64,000 bases of DNA, from positions 1 to 64,000 of the IMG/VR virus record IMGVR_UViG_3300035703_000009. One strand, written 5' to 3'. The position numbers were made by a program, and so were the translations under genes. Below are positions 26,361 to 36,101 of the stretch, one piece after another (within the stretch, counting starts at the first letter, position 1; every line of letters begins with the position of its first letter). Below the pieces are notes generated by a model. It did not search any database, was not told the DNA's origin, and saw nothing but the letters and a program-made list of their open reading frames with translations.

Positions 26361-27932
26361 ATGAAGTATACAGAACTCGAAGAAGCTGACATAGATTACA
26401 TTTCTGAAATCTATTTCAACAAGGAAATTTCATGGGATCAGCGACTTCGCATGCTCTCTGAACGCTATAAAAGATCTGAGCGCACGATTCAACACTGGAT
26501 CTCAAAGCTAGGATTTAGCACCAAACAACAAGAAGAATCTCCGCAGCTGATCGCTGCCAAGTCCCGAGAGCTAGATCGAAGCAAATCGAAGTTCATCATC
26601 ACCTGGGCACAAAACAATACTGACGTTCACGAAAGGTTTATCACCAACCTAGAAGCATATGCTGCTGAGCTGGATGCCAGCATTCACGTGATTGCAGGTA
26701 GATACAAGAACCCAACATCTGTGTTTACCGATCGCAAGTATGACGTATGGTCAGACCGAATCGAAAGGTACTTGGACGCGAATCGTCATGATGTGCATAA
26801 GTACGTCTCAATCATGTCTGACGTGAAGATACAGCCGACTGCGGTCGATCCGATGACGGGCTTACAGGGCATGAGCGGTATCAATTCCTGCGTTTTTGGT
26901 TCGCCTAAGGTGCAGATGGAAATGATCCCAGTTTTGACTGGCAACAGACCAAAGATGATGGTAACTACTGGCGCATGCACAGTGAAGAACTACACCGACT
27001 CAAAGGCCGGTAAAAAGGGCGAGTTTCATCACACTCTAGGATTTGCCATCATTGAGATCAAGGACGATGACACTTTTTTCATAAGACAAGTAACAGCTTC
27101 AGATAACGGAGACTTTAACGACCTATACTTTAACGTAAAGTACTCTGAAGGTGAGGGTAAGAGCTCAATTAGTCGTAACTCATCGATCGCTGCACTAGTG
27201 TTAGGCGATCTACACTATGGTCAACATGATCCTCAAGTATTAGACCAATCATTTAACCTGATGGCCAAGTTAAGTCCCGATCACGTCATCATCCACGACG
27301 CGTTTGACGGAACCTCAATCAACCATCATGAGACCAAGGACCCATTTGTCCAATACCAAAAGGAAATGGCTGGCACAAACTCGCTAAAGAAGGAGATAGA
27401 TGCCTTGTTGCTTGGCCTTGAAGACTTTCAAGACTATAACGTGGTCATCGTTCGCAGCAACCACGACGACTTCATCGATCGTTGGTTAAAGGACACCGAT
27501 TGGAGAAAGACTGTCACCCCAAAGAACTCTCTCGAATACATGCAATACTCGGCAGCCATACTAAGCGGCCAAGCTCCAAACGGAGTCATTCCATACCTGA
27601 TCAACCAAAAGTTTCCTCACTTTAAGACACTAGGCAGAAACGATAGCTACCTGGTGAAGGGCTGGGAACTAGGTCAGCATGGAGATATCGGTTCGAGCGG
27701 AACCAGGGGATCGCTATTACAGTTACGCAAGCTCAACACCAAGATAGTGGTAGGCCACTATCATGCTCCAGGCAGAAAAGACGGTGCTTTGTCAGTTGGA
27801 ACCTCGACCAAGCTTCGCCTAAACTATAACCTAGGCGCTAGCAGTTGGTTACAGTCTCACGTAATCATCCATCAAGACGGAAAAGCACAACACATTAACT
27901 TTATTAACGGCGAATTCACTACTCTAGAATAA
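26361..27932 (+). CDS. HTH + calcineurin-like metallophosphoesterase (T5 A1-like)
   Basis: N-terminal HTH (SERTIQHW); GDLH, HD.FD, SNHD, QHGD and GHYH metal-binding motifs. Confidence 0.75.
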   Translation: MKYTELEEADIDYISEIYFNKEISWDQRLRMLSERYKRSERTIQHWISKLGFSTKQQEESPQLIAAKSRELDRSKSKFIITWAQNNTDVHERFITNLEAYAAELDASIHVIAGRYKNPTSVFTDRKYDVWSDRIERYLDANRHDVHKYVSIMSDVKIQPTAVDPMTGLQGMSGINSCVFGSPKVQMEMIPVLTGNRPKMMVTTGACTVKNYTDSKAGKKGEFHHTLGFAIIEIKDDDTFFIRQVTASDNGDFNDLYFNVKYSEGEGKSSISRNSSIAALVLGDLHYGQHDPQVLDQSFNLMAKLSPDHVIIHDAFDGTSINHHETKDPFVQYQKEMAGTNSLKKEIDALLLGLEDFQDYNVVIVRSNHDDFIDRWLKDTDWRKTVTPKNSLEYMQYSAAILSGQAPNGVIPYLINQKFPHFKTLGRNDSYLVKGWELGQHGDIGSSGTRGSLLQLRKLNTKIVVGHYHAPGRKDGALSVGTSTKLRLNYNLGASSWLQSHVIIHQDGKAQHINFINGEFTTLE

Positions 27933-27945
27933 ATAACTAAAAGAG

Positions 27946-28143
27946 TTGCTAGTGAAACACGTCAAAGCTAAACCAGAGAGCTGGTCAAACGTCGAAAAAT
28001 ATCGTAAGGGTAAGGCTCGATTAGAGAATGCAGTGATGCAACACCCAGAAGACGATCCAAAGACCTCAATCTACGATTTTGTGAAACGCAACATCAAGCG
28101 TAAGCTTTGGGTCATTCCTTATGACAAGCTTAAGGCAAAGTAA
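27946..28143 (+). CDS. small hypothetical late protein
   Basis: ATAAATA at 27929-27935 upstream; start uncertain (TTG or GTG). Confidence 0.55.
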   Translation: MLVKHVKAKPESWSNVEKYRKGKARLENAVMQHPEDDPKTSIYDFVKRNIKRKLWVIPYDKLKAK

Positions 28144-28158
28144 ATAATTAAACGATAG

Positions 28159-29853
28159 ATGCGACACATCACTAGAATATTTGAATCCTTTGACCTTTCA
28201 GCAATCAAGTCACAGCTTGAAGGCAAGGTCGGCGGCAACATACAGGATGATAAGACCAAGATCACTTCCTTTGAAGGACTGGAAAAGGTGTTTGACCTCA
28301 TTCCTTTAGAGCTGACTGAGTCTGCAAATTCACCGGAGATGAATGACCTAGTCGGGTTGTTGATCGATAAGGATCGAATTGACTTTCTAAAGGCATATGT
28401 CGAGAAAGAGGCCAAGGTTGTCAATCAAATAGCCAATGACCTAAAGCCGATCTTCACACCAAAGGACGAGCTCAACTTTGCTCGTTCGATCCAAGCATAC
28501 ACTACAGTCTCACAAAGACTTCTTAAGATCCATAACCTAATGAGTCCGGCTCCAGCAAAGGCTAACGAGTCGAGGCTGGTTGAGGAGTTAAATCCCGACG
28601 AAGACACAAAGAAAAAGATGGAGGAGATTGCGAGAGTGAGCAAGGAGAGCCTAGCGAACAGCTACGCCAAGATCTTTAACATTCAGACAAAAAACATTGA
28701 GTCGATACCAGAGACGGGTGAAGGCGCTGACAAGCTAGAGAGCCTCATTGAGTTATTAAGTTCGCTTGGAGTGCTATCCCTAGTTAAGGAAGAAGCGGCA
28801 AAGAAAAAGAGTCGCATGCCCAAAGAAGAGTCCCTCTCCACCAAAAAGAAGAAAAGGATTAGCGTACGACTACTTAGAGCGATAGCCATCTCGCAGTTGC
28901 CGGCAATCTCAAACCAACAGATAGACAAACCCGGTGACTATTTTAGACTATTCAAGTCATTAGAGTCCCAAAACCCAGCATGGATGGACCTTTCAATCGA
29001 AAAATACGTCTTTGGTGGAAACGCCAAGGAGGTATCTGACTTCAACGCTACTGCTCGTGGCACTGAAAGCGCGACCGAAGAGAACCAGATCAACTACTTG
29101 CGAGCGAATCGTTCATGGATCCTAAGCTACATCAAGAGCGACAAGGACGGAACCTTGACCGATAAGGAAGAAAATAATTATGTCTCACAGCTTGAGACCA
29201 CCTGCACTGAAAAGGAAAAGGAGATCAAGAACTATTACTTGTCCCGTGACTTCAACATCAGTAACGTGAGCGGCATACAAATTAAGCCAGAGATTAAGCT
29301 TCCTCTCTACTCAAAAGTAAGGTTAGCTGTGTCTGAAAGCGACAGGCTAAAGGAAAGCCCGCTTAGAAACATCGTAGGAGGAGCTCTGGCAATAGTCGGT
29401 GGACTCTTTTCAAGAATAGAGGACAAAGTTGACTCAGGAGCGCTGGCTGCATCCAAAGCTAGAAACGAAGCCATATTCAAGGGAATTAGTGCAATCGCTA
29501 AAGGAACTGTAACACTAGTCGGTGGCAAACAAGCCGGTCGAGACTATGAAGCTGGCCTAGAGAAGATAAGTTCTAAGTTAAACCCAGAACGCATCACCCT
29601 ATCCCAAGACGAAAGGAAAGGTAGAGTTAAAGAAGATATGATCGCGACGACTGATGCGACAGGATATGCTCCAGTGAATCCAGAAGCACCAGGTCAGTTC
29701 ATGCAGACTCCTAATTCCATGGCAGGTACCATGGACACTTTCTCACTACTTGGTCCAGGTAAAAAGAGCGAGGCTAAGAAAAAGTCAAAGACTGCAGGTT
29801 CAAAGGTGTTAACCTTTGCCGATTTCATCGATAGTAAAAGCAAAGTTGATTAA
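28159..29853 (+). CDS. large late protein, putative internal head/ejected protein
   Basis: N-terminus MRHITRIFESF, C-terminal VLTFADFID, hydrophobic Gly-rich helices; GTAAATAAT upstream. Confidence 0.7.
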   Translation: MRHITRIFESFDLSAIKSQLEGKVGGNIQDDKTKITSFEGLEKVFDLIPLELTESANSPEMNDLVGLLIDKDRIDFLKAYVEKEAKVVNQIANDLKPIFTPKDELNFARSIQAYTTVSQRLLKIHNLMSPAPAKANESRLVEELNPDEDTKKKMEEIARVSKESLANSYAKIFNIQTKNIESIPETGEGADKLESLIELLSSLGVLSLVKEEAAKKKSRMPKEESLSTKKKKRISVRLLRAIAISQLPAISNQQIDKPGDYFRLFKSLESQNPAWMDLSIEKYVFGGNAKEVSDFNATARGTESATEENQINYLRANRSWILSYIKSDKDGTLTDKEENNYVSQLETTCTEKEKEIKNYYLSRDFNISNVSGIQIKPEIKLPLYSKVRLAVSESDRLKESPLRNIVGGALAIVGGLFSRIEDKVDSGALAASKARNEAIFKGISAIAKGTVTLVGGKQAGRDYEAGLEKISSKLNPERITLSQDERKGRVKEDMIATTDATGYAPVNPEAPGQFMQTPNSMAGTMDTFSLLGPGKKSEAKKKSKTAGSKVLTFADFIDSKSKVD

Positions 29854-29875
29854 TTATCACCTGCTTCTTATCTCA

Positions 29876-29882
29876 ATAAATA
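29876..29882 (+). promoter_or_regulatory. late promoter ATAAATA (baseplate operon)
   Basis: 20 nt before ATG 29902; sits inside a GCTTCTT/AAGAAGC hairpin. Confidence 0.7.
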
Positions 29883-29901
29883 ATAAAAAGAAGCGCAGCT
29901 C

Positions 29902-31773
29902 ATGAGAAACATAATTAAGATGGGTCAGAACTCAAATCCTACTGGAGGAGAGAATGAGCCAGCATTTGGAAAGTCTCTTGATAGCCTGCTCAATGTTGAT
30001 CAGGACACCTTTAACCACCTGGCATCCACATATGATCCCAACGTCAAGCCAATCGGCGTGACTGATGGACCAGGAGCAGAAGGAATCACGGTCGAGGCAG
30101 CTGACTCTATTTTCAACCCATTCTACCTATTTAGATACGCAAAGTATGGAAATGTTGCAGGTGCATCTAAGGGTTATTCAACTGAGTATCACCGAGATGT
30201 CAATCCAATTTCTCAGAACTCAAACAGTGCTGTGCAGAAGGATACCGTTACCTTAATCAACGAAAACAAGAAGTTCATCAATAACCCGACTGCAAGTCAA
30301 ATCATCGAGTGGGCAGCAAATGATGCCGATCGCAAGACAGCAAACACTTTGGGTCCGACTCCATATCAGTGGAACGACTTTTTATGGTGTAAGTGGTATG
30401 GTCGTATACCAAACAATCGTCTATTGACTCTGCGTAGGTACCCGATTCCGGTAGAAGATAACCTGCTTATCGCGTCTGAAAAGATGCCGCTTGTTCCAAT
30501 CGCTCAAGCTGTGACTTGGTGGGGAGGAGAGACTGAAAACTCGTTAGACAACATACTTGGTCTATCATATGGTTTTAATTGGACGTCAAAGACCGCTGAA
30601 GTCACTGATGCTAACGGTAATGAGATTTCAGTCGACGCGTTAAATGGATCGCTCGGAATAGAAAATAAGACTTTGCGACAGTTCTTAAACGCTGCTCTTG
30701 GAGGAAGTGATAATCCGTACGCTGCGACTGGCTTGGATAAAAAGTTACAAGACTGGGTCAAAGAATCATACACGAAGGGACCGTATTGGAACCGAGTGTT
30801 AGGTCCGATTAACGTGATCAACAAGACTCAAATCAGAGACACTGGCTATACTTTCACTCACCAAATCCAATTAAAGTTTTCCTATGCGTTAAGGTCATTT
30901 AATAACATCAATCCTAAGATCGCGATGTTGGACCTAATTACTAACTTTTTAGCTTTGACTTACAATAAAGCTGAGTTCTGGGGAGGCAGCATACGTTATT
31001 TTAAACAAACAGGCTTGCTCTTACCGGGTTTGCCGCAGGCTGATTTTGAAAAAGGCGACTACATCACTGGAATCAAGGAAACGCTCAAGGCTCTCTTACA
31101 AAGGGCTCAAGAACAAGCAAAAGATGTTTCAACGCTAATCGGAAAGGTGGTTGCCAAAGAAGAGTCTATTGATGCAGCACTGGCTAAGGTTGAGAGCTCA
31201 CAGATAGCTCGAAACATTGCCGGCTCTTGGGTAAAGGACTTGATTCAGGGACCGATTGCGATGCGTGCTATCCTAGACGGCAGGGCCGTTGGTGAATGGC
31301 ACTTAACAGTTGGCAACCCAATCGATCCGATCGCAGTGATTGGGAACTTGTGTCTAAAGAACACTAAAATAAAGTTTTCTGACGCTCTTGGACTAGATGA
31401 CTTTCCTACCGAAGTAAGCTTCACGGTCACGTTAGAGCCAGGCAGAGCCAGAGCAAAGCAAGACATTGAGTCGATGTTTAATGCTGGTGGCGGAGACATG
31501 TCATTCACTCCACTACCTCTTCCTTCTTCTGCATACAACTCATATGGAGAAAGAAACTCAATTGTTGCAAACTCGCTTAGGGCTGGAAACAATGCTGACC
31601 CTAATGCAAAGGATGCATACACTGGATCAAACAAGTCAGTTACATCAAACCAATCTGGAGCAGAAAACATTGCAAACTACTTTAGAACAAACGTCACTAA
31701 GGCATACGGTTCAAAGTTTGCAGCATCGCCTGTGTTAGATGACTACTTTTTACAACTAAAAACTAAGGACTAA
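29902..31773 (+). CDS. baseplate/tail-tube initiator-like structural protein
   Basis: Late promoter; tube-like HLTVGNP...DDFPTEVSFTVTL segment; precedes the gp53-like gene. Confidence 0.55.
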   Translation: MRNIIKMGQNSNPTGGENEPAFGKSLDSLLNVDQDTFNHLASTYDPNVKPIGVTDGPGAEGITVEAADSIFNPFYLFRYAKYGNVAGASKGYSTEYHRDVNPISQNSNSAVQKDTVTLINENKKFINNPTASQIIEWAANDADRKTANTLGPTPYQWNDFLWCKWYGRIPNNRLLTLRRYPIPVEDNLLIASEKMPLVPIAQAVTWWGGETENSLDNILGLSYGFNWTSKTAEVTDANGNEISVDALNGSLGIENKTLRQFLNAALGGSDNPYAATGLDKKLQDWVKESYTKGPYWNRVLGPINVINKTQIRDTGYTFTHQIQLKFSYALRSFNNINPKIAMLDLITNFLALTYNKAEFWGGSIRYFKQTGLLLPGLPQADFEKGDYITGIKETLKALLQRAQEQAKDVSTLIGKVVAKEESIDAALAKVESSQIARNIAGSWVKDLIQGPIAMRAILDGRAVGEWHLTVGNPIDPIAVIGNLCLKNTKIKFSDALGLDDFPTEVSFTVTLEPGRARAKQDIESMFNAGGGDMSFTPLPLPSSAYNSYGERNSIVANSLRAGNNADPNAKDAYTGSNKSVTSNQSGAENIANYFRTNVTKAYGSKFAASPVLDDYFLQLKTKD

Positions 31774-31774
31774 T

Positions 31775-32362
31775 ATGTTACTAGGCAGAATACTAAGGGC
31801 AAAACGAACTTTCACGACTAAGCTAAACGATGTCATCATTGACTTAATTAGCTCTACGTTCAATTTTGAAGCGGCCAGTGGACCTGCTCAAGGTTACGTT
31901 AGAGTAAAAGAGTTTGAAGTGATGCGTCCAGACCTGATCTCGATTAGGATGTATGCCGATCACCAGTACTATGAGCCATTGTTAAAGTACAATGGAATCT
32001 CCAATCCTTTTTCCCTAGACGTAAACGAAGTGTTACTCGCTCCGCCATTTAAGAACTTAGACGCGATGGTGGTTGCACCAAAGAGTGTTGTCGAAAAAGG
32101 ATTAGAGCTTGCAGCAAACAACGAGTCTAAACTAGTCGTGCCAAAAACAGTTAAAGATAAGAAGAGACTTGATGCTCTCAAAGATAAGGTAAAGGAGATA
32201 GTTCCACCTAATGTTAATACCTCAGGAAACAAAAACGTGAAAGTAAGAGATGGAAAGGTCATATTCGGTGAGGACGTGACCCAAGTGAACAAGGATAACT
32301 GTCCGGTGCCAATATCAAGAGCAAGACTCATTCAACAACTCACAAAAGCTAACCTATTCTAA
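31775..32362 (+). CDS. baseplate wedge protein (gp53/LysM-like)
   Basis: RPDLIS..Y...LLKYNGISNPF motif. Confidence 0.75.
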   Translation: MLLGRILRAKRTFTTKLNDVIIDLISSTFNFEAASGPAQGYVRVKEFEVMRPDLISIRMYADHQYYEPLLKYNGISNPFSLDVNEVLLAPPFKNLDAMVVAPKSVVEKGLELAANNESKLVVPKTVKDKKRLDALKDKVKEIVPPNVNTSGNKNVKVRDGKVIFGEDVTQVNKDNCPVPISRARLIQQLTKANLF

Positions 32363-33855
32363 TGTCATTTAACCAGACCATAAAAGGCACGGTGTTGCCA
32401 AAGGTTCCCTTAAAAACTCTGTTTGAGGAGGACACTTCAGTCGATAGCCAGAGCGATGCCTCAAGGAAGGCTCCAAAGTACATGCCGGACTCAGGGCAGC
32501 TGACTGGCGCAAGGGAACCCTATGTCAAAATAGGAGGACAGATCGTCAAAGGGATTGACATGTTGACAATCGATGAGACTGGATTTATCCCTACTGTCTC
32601 AATGACGTTCGTCGATCCATTAGGCGAGTTTGCCGGCGATTACTTTCCAAAGACGAATCTTATCATGAACGTCTACCTAAAATCAGGTAGCGAGAAGTTT
32701 AAGCCGATTCGCTGTGATTTCTTAATCAAGTCAGTAAAATCGATTCCGCCTAAGTTTACAGGTAAAAAGGATGCGATTGCAATGGGCACCACTTACATGG
32801 TAAAAGGAGAGCTCTACATTCCTAACATCTATCGTAGCATCTCAAAGAGTTATGCTAAGTTGAACTCTAAGGACGCCTTAAAAAAGATATGTGATGAGTT
32901 AGGCTTAGGATTTGCAGAAAATGAGAGCAAGCCTGCCGATTCAATGACTTGGATCAATACTAACATGAGTAATCTACAGTTCATCCAAAAGATAGTTGAA
33001 CACTCATATCAGAGCGATGACACTTTTTTCATGGCATTCATCGACAAGTACTATTACTTAAACTTTATTGAAGTCAATGAGCAGTTAAAAGTAGGTGAAG
33101 CACAAAAGACATTCATCACTTCAGGCAATGCGTTATTGCCTAGTTTTAACCAAAGATCAAAGGACGATGCAGGTGCGGCTGCCATTCAAGACGACACTAC
33201 TTACAACTATTTGACTACTGAAGTCGACTATAAGAACTCGATAAACTACATTCACACATTGAACTTGGTCTCGGCACAAGGGGACGTTTTAAAAAACCAG
33301 GGATATAAAAAGGAGATCTACTATTATGATCACCTTAAAAAAGCAGACACGCCGAGGGACAAGTTCATCAACTTCTTCATGGCTCCGCTACGTAGTCAGG
33401 ATCGAGATACCTCGACTTTTCTAATTCCAGAAGAGCAAAGCCTAGCTGAAAACAAGATAAAAAAGTGGATGAACATTGACTACGGTAACACTCACATCCA
33501 TTGGAACGCGGCTAGAGTCATAAATAACCATAACTTGAAGGAGTTGGAGAAAATTAAGCTAAAGGTCGTGCTAAATAACATTAACTTTCAAGCTATTCGA
33601 GGATTCATGATACCTGTGGCGATAACCGTTCAACAGGCTGAAAAGATATTAAAATCAACTGAATCTGGCGATGAGGCTAATCAAAAGGCTAATGTTAGAA
33701 CTAATCTTAATGACCAAGCGATTGACGAACAACTTACGGGTTACTACTACATTAGCGGAGCAAAATATCACTATGACGCATTGCACCCGAATGGCCTCTA
33801 CACTGAGCTTTTCCTCGCACGTAGAGAGTGGAGACCTTCGAAAAAAACTAGTTAA
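32362..33855 (+). CDS. baseplate hub protein (gp27-like)
   Basis: Position between gp53-like and gp5-like genes; C-terminal LTGYYYISG...TELFLARRE. Confidence 0.6.
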   Translation: MSFNQTIKGTVLPKVPLKTLFEEDTSVDSQSDASRKAPKYMPDSGQLTGAREPYVKIGGQIVKGIDMLTIDETGFIPTVSMTFVDPLGEFAGDYFPKTNLIMNVYLKSGSEKFKPIRCDFLIKSVKSIPPKFTGKKDAIAMGTTYMVKGELYIPNIYRSISKSYAKLNSKDALKKICDELGLGFAENESKPADSMTWINTNMSNLQFIQKIVEHSYQSDDTFFMAFIDKYYYLNFIEVNEQLKVGEAQKTFITSGNALLPSFNQRSKDDAGAAAIQDDTTYNYLTTEVDYKNSINYIHTLNLVSAQGDVLKNQGYKKEIYYYDHLKKADTPRDKFINFFMAPLRSQDRDTSTFLIPEEQSLAENKIKKWMNIDYGNTHIHWNAARVINNHNLKELEKIKLKVVLNNINFQAIRGFMIPVAITVQQAEKILKSTESGDEANQKANVRTNLNDQAIDEQLTGYYYISGAKYHYDALHPNGLYTELFLARREWRPSKKTS

Positions 33856-33857
33856 CG

Positions 33858-34916
33858 ATGCATAATTTTTTGGGAATAAGATATAAGACCGATAACTTTC
33901 GTAAGGGAGTCTTTACTGATCCTTATGATGAGCCTACTTTCTTGACCTTTGCCATCGACTTTAAGTTTGAAGACACAGCGGCTAGCGTCATCACCAGTCA
34001 CCACCTATGGGACTCTCCTCTCTTTAACGAAAAGAGTGGCAGCGCCCTTAAGTTCTTAGAGAATCGAGGATACGCAGATGACGCGCATGGAGTCAAGGTC
34101 TTTAAGGAGATCCTACGTTACTTGACGTTTGATGCACCTTGGTACTTTCAGTCGATTTCCGGTCTGAATGGAATGTGGAAACAGGCGACTGACATGGCTT
34201 CAGGCAACAAGACTAAGGGCACATCTCTTACTATCGAGACGCTAGAGGCAGTAGATCTACGCATCACTGAGCTGGCCAGCATCTATCGCAAGGCCATGTT
34301 CGATAAGGTCCACATGCGTGAAAAGGTTCCAGATAACCTGCGATGGTTTGCAATGGACATCTACATCGCAGAGGCACGTAATCTTAGGTATCGTCTACCA
34401 GGCATAGGTCAAAACACGGCTCAACTCTTTGGTGTAAACACGGCGGCAATCGGTAACGTGCTAGGAGGAGGCAACATCTTATCCAACGTGTTGGAGCAGT
34501 ATGGCTACGTCAAATTTAGGTGCAGACAGTGTGAGTTTGACTTTTCAGACTCTTTTGCCGGAGGCAGCAAGCTCGACGTCACCACGACCAATAAACCGGC
34601 GACTAACTCATTTAAGATCAATGTAGGTTACTTTGAGGAGGAGACTAGGTTTGCAGACGGCTCGAGAATATTCGATGACCTAATCAGGTCTGAGATCGAG
34701 AATCCATGGAGCTTACGCAATGTGGGAACTGACATCAAGAATGCAGGTTCGTTCTTGTCAGGCTTACCCCTGATCGGAGACGACATACAGAGGGCAGGTC
34801 AGAAAGTACAGAATGCTTTTGCTCAAGTCGGAGGACTCTTGAATCCTGCGCTGGGTGCAGCCTCTCAATTCATTGACCCGCCAGTAAAAACGCTAGGTAA
34901 CGCATATCGTCGATAA
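33858..34916 (+). CDS. tail-tube-like/baseplate protein (gp19/gp54-like)
   Basis: WYFQSISGL, IETLEAVDLRI, FRCRQCEFD; structural operon context. Confidence 0.5.
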   Translation: MHNFLGIRYKTDNFRKGVFTDPYDEPTFLTFAIDFKFEDTAASVITSHHLWDSPLFNEKSGSALKFLENRGYADDAHGVKVFKEILRYLTFDAPWYFQSISGLNGMWKQATDMASGNKTKGTSLTIETLEAVDLRITELASIYRKAMFDKVHMREKVPDNLRWFAMDIYIAEARNLRYRLPGIGQNTAQLFGVNTAAIGNVLGGGNILSNVLEQYGYVKFRCRQCEFDFSDSFAGGSKLDVTTTNKPATNSFKINVGYFEEETRFADGSRIFDDLIRSEIENPWSLRNVGTDIKNAGSFLSGLPLIGDDIQRAGQKVQNAFAQVGGLLNPALGAASQFIDPPVKTLGNAYRR

Positions 34917-34942
34917 AACTTTAGTGCTTAACTTGATATAAT
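34914..34942 (+). promoter_or_regulatory. TAAAAC-N17-TATAAT promoter
   Basis: -10 box ends 6 nt before ATG 34949. Confidence 0.65.
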
Positions 34943-34948
34943 TAAAAG

Positions 34949-35743
34949 ATGGAAGAACGTTATCATGACATTAACCGCCGGGAGATTGACCTAATCGACA
35001 AACAATTCTTGGGAGTCGTCGAAGACCCAAACGATCCTCGAAAGGAGGGCCGTGCCAAAGTAAGAGTAGTCAGCATATATGACGATATTCCAGTCGATGA
35101 CCTACCTTGGGCATATCCCAAGCAGAAGAGCGCCTTTTTTGGTAAGGAAGGCAGAGGCGGGTCGCTTTCAGTGCCGAAAAAAGGCTCGATAGTTGCAGTT
35201 AGGTTCGATAACGGTAACCCATACTGTCCAGAGTATTACTCGCTACATGAGATTGCTGAAGACGTTCGAGAAGAACTGGGCAAGAACGGTGAGTATTTAG
35301 GTTCTCACGTGGTTCTCTTTGATGGAGATGAGGAACTAAAGATTTGGTTTACCATCTCAAAGGGAATCACCATGCAGCTTAAGGGATCCCGAGTAAATAT
35401 AGGTCGAGACAAGGCCATCACCATTGAACACGACCAGACTCAATCGATCATCGAATTACGAGGAGGTAATATCTCTATACACGCGAATTCAAGAGTCGAG
35501 GTGACCTCCGGAAGCGAAATAGAGGCGGCCTCCAACGACATATGGATTAACGGTAATTTCGTGAAGGTGGGTCATAATCCAGTAACTGGACCAGCTGTGC
35601 TCGGAGACACTTTATTTTTGCTGCTTAGTGCCATGGCCAGCGCAATCGACGGCAAGTTCCCACCGACTCCAGGTGCGGTCACAGCAGCGGTCAATGCCGC
35701 AAAGGAGGCGGTCCTCTCTAAGACCGTTAAAGTCTCAATGTAA
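34949..35743 (+). CDS. baseplate central spike (gp5/GpV OB-fold), no lysozyme domain
   Basis: GVVEDPNDP..EGRAKVRV...LPWA...VPKKGS.V.V.F..GNP, followed by a short beta-helix. Confidence 0.85.
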   Translation: MEERYHDINRREIDLIDKQFLGVVEDPNDPRKEGRAKVRVVSIYDDIPVDDLPWAYPKQKSAFFGKEGRGGSLSVPKKGSIVAVRFDNGNPYCPEYYSLHEIAEDVREELGKNGEYLGSHVVLFDGDEELKIWFTISKGITMQLKGSRVNIGRDKAITIEHDQTQSIIELRGGNISIHANSRVEVTSGSEIEAASNDIWINGNFVKVGHNPVTGPAVLGDTLFLLLSAMASAIDGKFPPTPGAVTAAVNAAKEAVLSKTVKVSM

Positions 35744-35747
35744 GAAT

Positions 35748-36101
35748 ATGGAAAAATTTGAAATTAGACCTTGGGGCTGGTTTGAAGTGTTAACTGAAGA
35801 CGTTAACTATAAAGTTAAAAGATTAGTAGTATGTCCAGGCAAAAGACTCTCATATCAATACCATAATAAAAGAAAAGAACATTGGGTTGTTGTGCAAGGA
35901 GATGGAGTTTTTATCTATGGAAATGATAATTCGACTTTTGAAAAAACTGTGGAAACAGGTAGTTCAATTTTTATTGAAATTGGTGAGTATCATCGTATAC
36001 AAAATACAGGAGAAAGTGATCTGATCATCATTGAAACCCAATTAGGTCAGTGTGATGAAGAAGACATTGTAAGAATAGTTGACGACTTCAATCGAGTCTA
36101 A
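35748..36101 (+). CDS. mannose-6-phosphate isomerase type II cupin domain
   Basis: RPWG, VKRL.V.PG.RLSYQYH..R.EHWVVV, HRIQN, IETQLG and EEDIVR; start revised to 35748. Confidence 0.88.
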   Translation: MEKFEIRPWGWFEVLTEDVNYKVKRLVVCPGKRLSYQYHNKRKEHWVVVQGDGVFIYGNDNSTFEKTVETGSSIFIEIGEYHRIQNTGESDLIIIETQLGQCDEEDIVRIVDDFNRV

